DNA of 2,577 nucleotides from a phage: the sequence record PZ049715.1, one strand, 5' to 3'. Every line of letters begins with the position of its first letter. Position 1 is the first letter of the stretch. The notes beneath the pieces were generated by a model. It did no database searches. It saw only the letters and a list, made by a program, of their open reading frames with translations, and was not told where the DNA came from. The position numbers were made by a program, and so were the translations under genes. Shown in pieces: positions 1 through 2,577 of the stretch.

Positions 1-34
1 AACGGTTAATTATTTATAAGGGAATTAATACGAT

Positions 35-100
35 ATAAGCCAATTGTATGATCGTTACGATTGGCTTATGACTGATTTTTCAAATGGCATTCTTTTTTTT
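35..100 (+). terminator. Candidate intrinsic terminator or structured element: 14-bp stem with 7-nt loop followed by T tracts
   Basis: 35-48 ATAAGCCAATTGTA pairs with 56-69 TACGATTGGCTTAT; the single non-Watson-Crick position (45/59) is a G·U pair in the plus-strand RNA. Loop is 49-55. T5 at 76-80 and T8 at 93-100 follow, but the first T tract begins 6 nt after the stem, so the geometry is imperfect. If real, it would terminate a plus-strand gene lying left of the window. On the minus strand the hairpin is preceded by A runs and not followed by a U run. Confidence 0.3.
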
Positions 101-133
101 GCACAAGAGTAACAATAGAAGCCAAGGCGTCAT

Positions 134-168
134 TTCAGTGGGTAGAGCGTAGGTGTCCTGCCACTGAA
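134..168. repeat. Inverted repeat TTCAGTGG / CCACTGAA (8 bp) around a 19-nt spacer, followed by the 10-bp palindrome AAAGCGCTTT (171-180)
   Basis: Perfect 8-bp complementarity between 134-141 and 161-168; 171-180 is self-complementary. Located 60-95 bp downstream of the Cys-rich gene stop. Neither strand has a U tract after it, so it is not a canonical terminator; it may be a protein-binding site or an RNA-stabilising stem. Confidence 0.3.
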
Positions 169-228
169 TAAAAGCGCTTTCCTACCAAGTCCATAAGATA
201 CCATCTTGGCAGGAAAGCGGCTTGCTGG

Positions 229-558
229 TTATACAGCCATACGTTCACATTCCTCAGCGCACTTCATACAGGCTTTCGCGCACTCTTGGCAGTGATCCAT
301 CTGATGCTTGGCACACTCTTCACCGCAGGCTCGGCAAATTTTTGCACACAATGCACAGAACTCTTTAGCCAACTCGCTCTGGCGACTCATGAGTCTGGCT
401 GCCAGAGCACATATGTCAGCACAATCTCTGTCGAGCTCAATGCAACGGGCCATCGTTTGTACGTCGTCTTCAAGTAAACAGGCAGATGCGCATGCTTCGC
501 AAACTAGAGCGCAGTTAGAACAAGCTTGAATGCAGCTATTGAACATTGTTTCAGTCAT
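229..558 (-). CDS. Cysteine-rich four-helix-bundle copper-binding/storage protein (DUF326, Csp3-like), 109 aa, no signal peptide
   Basis: ORF with ATG at 558..556, preceded by GGAGGA four nt upstream; stop TAA at 231..229. Translation has 19 Cys in 109 aa, arranged in repeated C-x2/3-C runs (CIQAC, CALVCEACASAC, CIELDRDCADIC, CALCAKICRACGEEC, CQECAKACMKCAEEC) in an Ala/Glu/Lys-rich, helix-prone background, which is the hallmark of DUF326/Csp proteins. It sits directly downstream of a Cu-sensing two-component pair. The N-terminus (MTETMFNSC) is not hydrophobic, so the protein is predicted cytosolic. Confidence 0.75.
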   Translation of the reverse strand: MTETMFNSCIQACSNCALVCEACASACLLEDDVQTMARCIELDRDCADICALAARLMSRQSELAKEFCALCAKICRACGEECAKHQMDHCQECAKACMKCAEECERMAV

Positions 559-562
559 GACT

Positions 563-568
563 TCCTCC
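563..568 (-). promoter_or_regulatory. Shine-Dalgarno (GGAGGA) for the Cys-rich gene
   Basis: Minus-strand mRNA reads …ACTTTGGAGGAAGTCATGACTGAA…, with the SD core four nt before the ATG at 558. The TTG at 570 used by the ORF track lies inside the SD itself and is therefore unlikely to be the start. Confidence 0.6.
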
Positions 569-668
569 AAAGTTCGTATTTTAGCGTATAGTCTTGAGCT
601 GGCCTGAGGTGATCCTCTAGCAGCTCATAAATCCGACATATTCAGAGTTCGTCCGTTCCAATGGTTAA

Positions 669-686
669 CATTACAATCGTGTAAGG
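669..686 (-). promoter_or_regulatory. Candidate copper-box operator: inverted repeat TTACA-N4-TGTAA, extended to CcTTACA-cgat-TGTAAtG on the minus strand
   Basis: Plus strand 671-675 TTACA and 680-684 TGTAA are exact reverse complements around a 4-nt spacer; the pairing extends to 669/686 with one mismatch at 670/685. It lies in the cusS-to-Cys-rich-gene spacer, about 110 bp upstream of the ATG, and a weak -10-like TGAATAT (minus, about 645..638) follows some 25 bp downstream. OmpR-family copper regulators are known to bind palindromic boxes near -35. Assignment is by position and symmetry only. Confidence 0.3.
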
Positions 687-743
687 TCCCTTATGATCGC
701 TATGCGGCTGATTTTAAAATATTTACCTTTATTCGATATTTTA

Positions 744-2123
744 TTATTGGCGGGGAAATTCCATGTGAAAGCCCGTCACGCCGTCTAATGAGGTGCACCA
801 GATTCTGCCTTTATGGGCCTCAACAATAGATCTGGTAATAGCCAAGCCGAGGCCAGCGTTGCTTGGACTACCCTCGCGCCGGGCAGGATCGACCCGATAG
901 AAGCGATAAAAGAGCTTGTCCAGGTGCTCGGGCTCGATCGTCCCTCCGGGATTCTCGACGCTGAGGGTTACCGTTCTTTCCGCCTCGTGAATCGTTACAG
1001 AAATAGTTTCCCCTACCGGGGTGTAACGCAGCGCGTTGGATAACAAATTGGAGACCGCTCTATCAATCATTAATTTATCTCCCAGCACATTTCCTGCGCC
1101 TGAGACTGAGAGACGGATATCGCGTTCGTCAGCCACTAAGTGGTAATACGCAAGCAGTTTAGCAACGACATCAGCTAGTTCGATAGACGCTTGTTCGGGA
1201 ATAATCAAGCCGTTGTCGGATTTGGCCAAAAAGAGCATGTCGTCAATAATGCGTGACATACGCTTCAACTCCTCTAGATTGGAGTAAAGATTCTCCTCAT
1301 AAGCATCAATATTCCGCTTTTTGGTCAGCACCACCTCGGTGTGGGTCATGAGGTTGCTAACAGGGGTTCGCAGTTCATGAGCAATGTCCGCCGAGAAATT
1401 GGAAAGCCGAACAAAGGCATCTTCCAAGCGATCTAACATCGCATTGAAGGACAGAACCAATTGCTGTAACTCAAGCGGTATCGGTTCAAGCGGCATTCGT
1501 TCCTGCAACGACCTTGCTGACATCGATGCGGCGAGATGGGTAACTTGCCTCAGAGGCCTGAGACCGCTTCTAACTACCATCCAGCCAAGCGCAGCACTAA
1601 TTAGAGCGCTGACGCTTAATCCAACGCCGAACCAACGCTGCAAAGTCTGAAAGAAATGCGCGTGGTTAGTGACATCAAGAATCAACAGTGCTGTAAGTGG
1701 TTCGGGCTGGTCTGCTACCGAGATTCGGGCAGTCAATCCTCTATACAGGCGGCCGGCATATTTCCATTCCCACATATTCTGCTGTTCTGCGTCCCTATAG
1801 CTTTCCGGGACGTCGACTGTCTTGGGATCAGAAAAGAGCACTCTGCCATCTTCGCTCAAGATGGTCGCCGCTAAATCATGATGGGCACCTAGCAGAGCTC
1901 GCAACTGCGGTAGCTCCTCAGCAAGGTTTGCGCTGCTGCGTACGTTATTGAAAATTTTCTTGGTCGATTCGAGCTTCTCCACCAAGGCCTGCCGATCCAA
2001 CACTTCGAAGTGATGCTGGCTAAGCAAATTGAAGCTCAGCCCAGCTATGGTGAGAACTACAACCACCACAGACATGAACATGACACTCATTCGGGCGGTC
2101 AGCGAAAGGTGACGCAGTCTCAC
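744..2123 (-). CDS. cusS: Heavy-metal sensor histidine kinase (CusS/CopS family): TM1, periplasmic sensor domain, TM2, HAMP, HisKA, HATPase_c
   Basis: HisKA H-box [15 protein letters not shown] with phospho-acceptor His at 1377..1379. The following block [27 protein letters not shown] resembles E. coli CusS as I remember it. HATPase motifs: N-box [35 protein letters not shown]2-box [16 protein letters not shown]. Two hydrophobic segments ([23 protein letters not shown] and [21 protein letters not shown]) flank a periplasmic domain of about 130 aa. Start placed at GTG 2123..2121, which overlaps the upstream TGA as GTGA and keeps the family-typical SLTARM motif before TM1; ATG at 2090 is the alternative. 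The track's ATG at 2261 would overlap the regulator by about 140 nt and adds an Arg-rich, non-homologous extension. Stop TAA at 746..744. Confidence 0.92.
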   Translation of the reverse strand: MRLRHLSLTARMSVMFMSVVVVVLTIAGLSFNLLSQHHFEVLDRQALVEKLESTKKIFNNVRSSANLAEELPQLRALLGAHHDLAATILSEDGRVLFSDPKTVDVPESYRDAEQQNMWEWKYAGRLYRGLTARISVADQPEPLTALLILDVTNHAHFFQTLQRWFGVGLSVSALISAALGWMVVRSGLRPLRQVTHLAASMSARSLQERMPLEPIPLELQQLVLSFNAMLDRLEDAFVRLSNFSADIAHELRTPVSNLMTHTEVVLTKKRNIDAYEENLYSNLEELKRMSRIIDDMLFLAKSDNGLIIPEQASIELADVVAKLLAYYHLVADERDIRLSVSGAGNVLGDKLMIDRAVSNLLSNALRYTPVGETISVTIHEAERTVTLSVENPGGTIEPEHLDKLFYRFYRVDPARREGSPSNAGLGLAITRSIVEAHKGRIWCTSLDGVTGFHMEFPRQ

Positions 2124-2577
2124 TCCGGTGCATCCATCATATAGCCCATGCCACGCACGGTATGGATCAGTTTGTGCTCGAAGTCGTCGTCGACTTTTGC
2201 GCGCAGACGGCGTACCGCGACCTCGATAACGTTGGTGTCGCTGTCGAAGTTCATATCCCATACCTGAGATGCAATCAGAGACTTCGGAAGCACCTCGCCG
2301 CGTCGGCGCATCAACAATTCCAGCAGTGAAAATTCCTTCGCCGTCAGATCAATTCGCTTCCCAGCACGAACGGCGCGGCGCTTTAGCAGGTCCACTTCGA
2401 GATCTGAAATTTTCACGGTGGTTTGGGTGGGGGAGCCGCTGCCCCTGCGAAGCAATGTCCGGACCCTTGCCAGAAGTTCGGAGAACGCGAACGGCTTAAT
2501 CAGGTAGTCGTCCGCGCCCAGCTCCAGGCCTTTGACGCGGTCTTCCACGCCATCACGTGCGGTCAAGAACAGTACGT
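2120..2577 (-). CDS. cusR: Heavy-metal (Cu/Ag) two-component response regulator, OmpR/winged-helix family (CusR/CopR-like); 5'-partial, N-terminus lies beyond the window end
   Basis: The minus-strand frame stays open to the window edge (…[29 protein letters not shown]…); the M at 2566 in the ORF track is an internal TTG, not the real start. Visible are the end of the receiver domain (conserved K in LIKPF) and a complete winged-helix DNA-binding domain ([71 protein letters not shown]). Long stretches match the E. coli CusR sequence as I remember it. Stop TGA at 2122..2120. The symbol is family-level; copR, pcoR or hprR orthology cannot be excluded without a search. Confidence 0.9.
   Translation of the reverse strand, partial: VLFLTARDGVEDRVKGLELGADDYLIKPFAFSELLARVRTLLRRGSGSPTQTTVKISDLEVDLLKRRAVRAGKRIDLTAKEFSLLELLMRRRGEVLPKSLIASQVWDMNFDSDTNVIEVAVRRLRAKVDDDFEHKLIHTVRGMGYMMDAPE

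Noticed and set aside
93-100. T8 homopolymer as a slipped-strand phase-variation tract
   Set aside because: It lies in non-coding flank with no adjacent ORF or promoter spacer that it could alter; more simply explained as a terminator U tract.
131-200. Possible tRNA or tRNA fragment, prompted by the D-arm-like string CAGTGGGTAGAGCG
   Set aside because: No pairing D-stem, no T-arm (GTTCRANYC) and no acceptor stem or CCA could be found on either strand; treated as a chance resemblance inside an inverted repeat.
286-529. Plus-strand ORFs 286..477 (63 aa) and 308..529 (73 aa)
   Set aside because: They lie entirely antisense to the Cys-rich gene, have no SD, and give low-complexity Ser/Ala/Gln-rich translations typical of a shadow frame opposite a Cys/Ala/Glu-rich gene.
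559-570. TTG start at 570 giving a 113-aa version of the Cys-rich protein
   Set aside because: That TTG is part of the GGAGGA Shine-Dalgarno sequence, which is correctly spaced for the ATG at 558.
813-1951. Plus-strand ORFs 813..1043, 1384..1650, 1656..1874 and 1697..1951
   Set aside because: All are embedded antisense within the sensor kinase gene, whose reading frame is strongly supported by continuous HisKA/HATPase motifs. They are short, overlap one another and show no recognisable motifs.
2124-2261. N-terminal 46-codon extension of the kinase ORF, starting at ATG 2261
   Set aside because: It would overlap the regulator gene by about 140 nt in another frame and encodes an Arg-rich, non-homologous sequence. 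The GTG at 2123 (GTGA overlap) gives a family-typical N-terminus.
2269-2499. Plus-strand ORF 2269..2499 (76 aa)
   Set aside because: Antisense to the well-supported response regulator gene; Arg/Pro/Ser-rich translation without motifs.
1-2577. CRISPR array, insertion sequence, integrase or toxin-antitoxin/defence genes
   Set aside because: No regularly spaced direct repeats, no terminal inverted repeats flanking an ORF, and no ORF with transposase/integrase or defence-like motifs were seen; the coding capacity is fully accounted for by the three copper-module genes.

Overview
This 2577-bp window is almost entirely occupied by three co-oriented minus-strand genes forming a copper/silver-responsive module. 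From high to low coordinates: (1) the 3' two-thirds of an OmpR-family heavy-metal response regulator (CusR/CopR type), whose 5' end runs off the window; (2) a complete heavy-metal sensor histidine kinase (CusS/CopS type) whose likely GTG start overlaps the regulator stop by 4 bp; (3) after a 185-bp AT-rich spacer, a small, very cysteine-rich protein with its own strong Shine-Dalgarno, best explained as a cytosolic DUF326/Csp3-like Cu(I)-binding four-helix-bundle protein. The spacer carries a near-perfect TTACA-N4-TGTAA palindrome that may be a copper-box operator. The 3' flank (1-228) is AT-rich non-coding DNA with a strong hairpin followed by T tracts on the plus strand. All plus-strand ORFs in the track look like antisense shadows of these genes. 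I see no CRISPR array, rRNA/tRNA gene, transposase or defence-system signature. This looks like an ordinary metal-homeostasis locus rather than a novel system; the most interesting points are the sensor/regulator linkage to a Csp3-like gene and the candidate operator. All homology statements come from reading the translations against remembered family motifs, not from any search.
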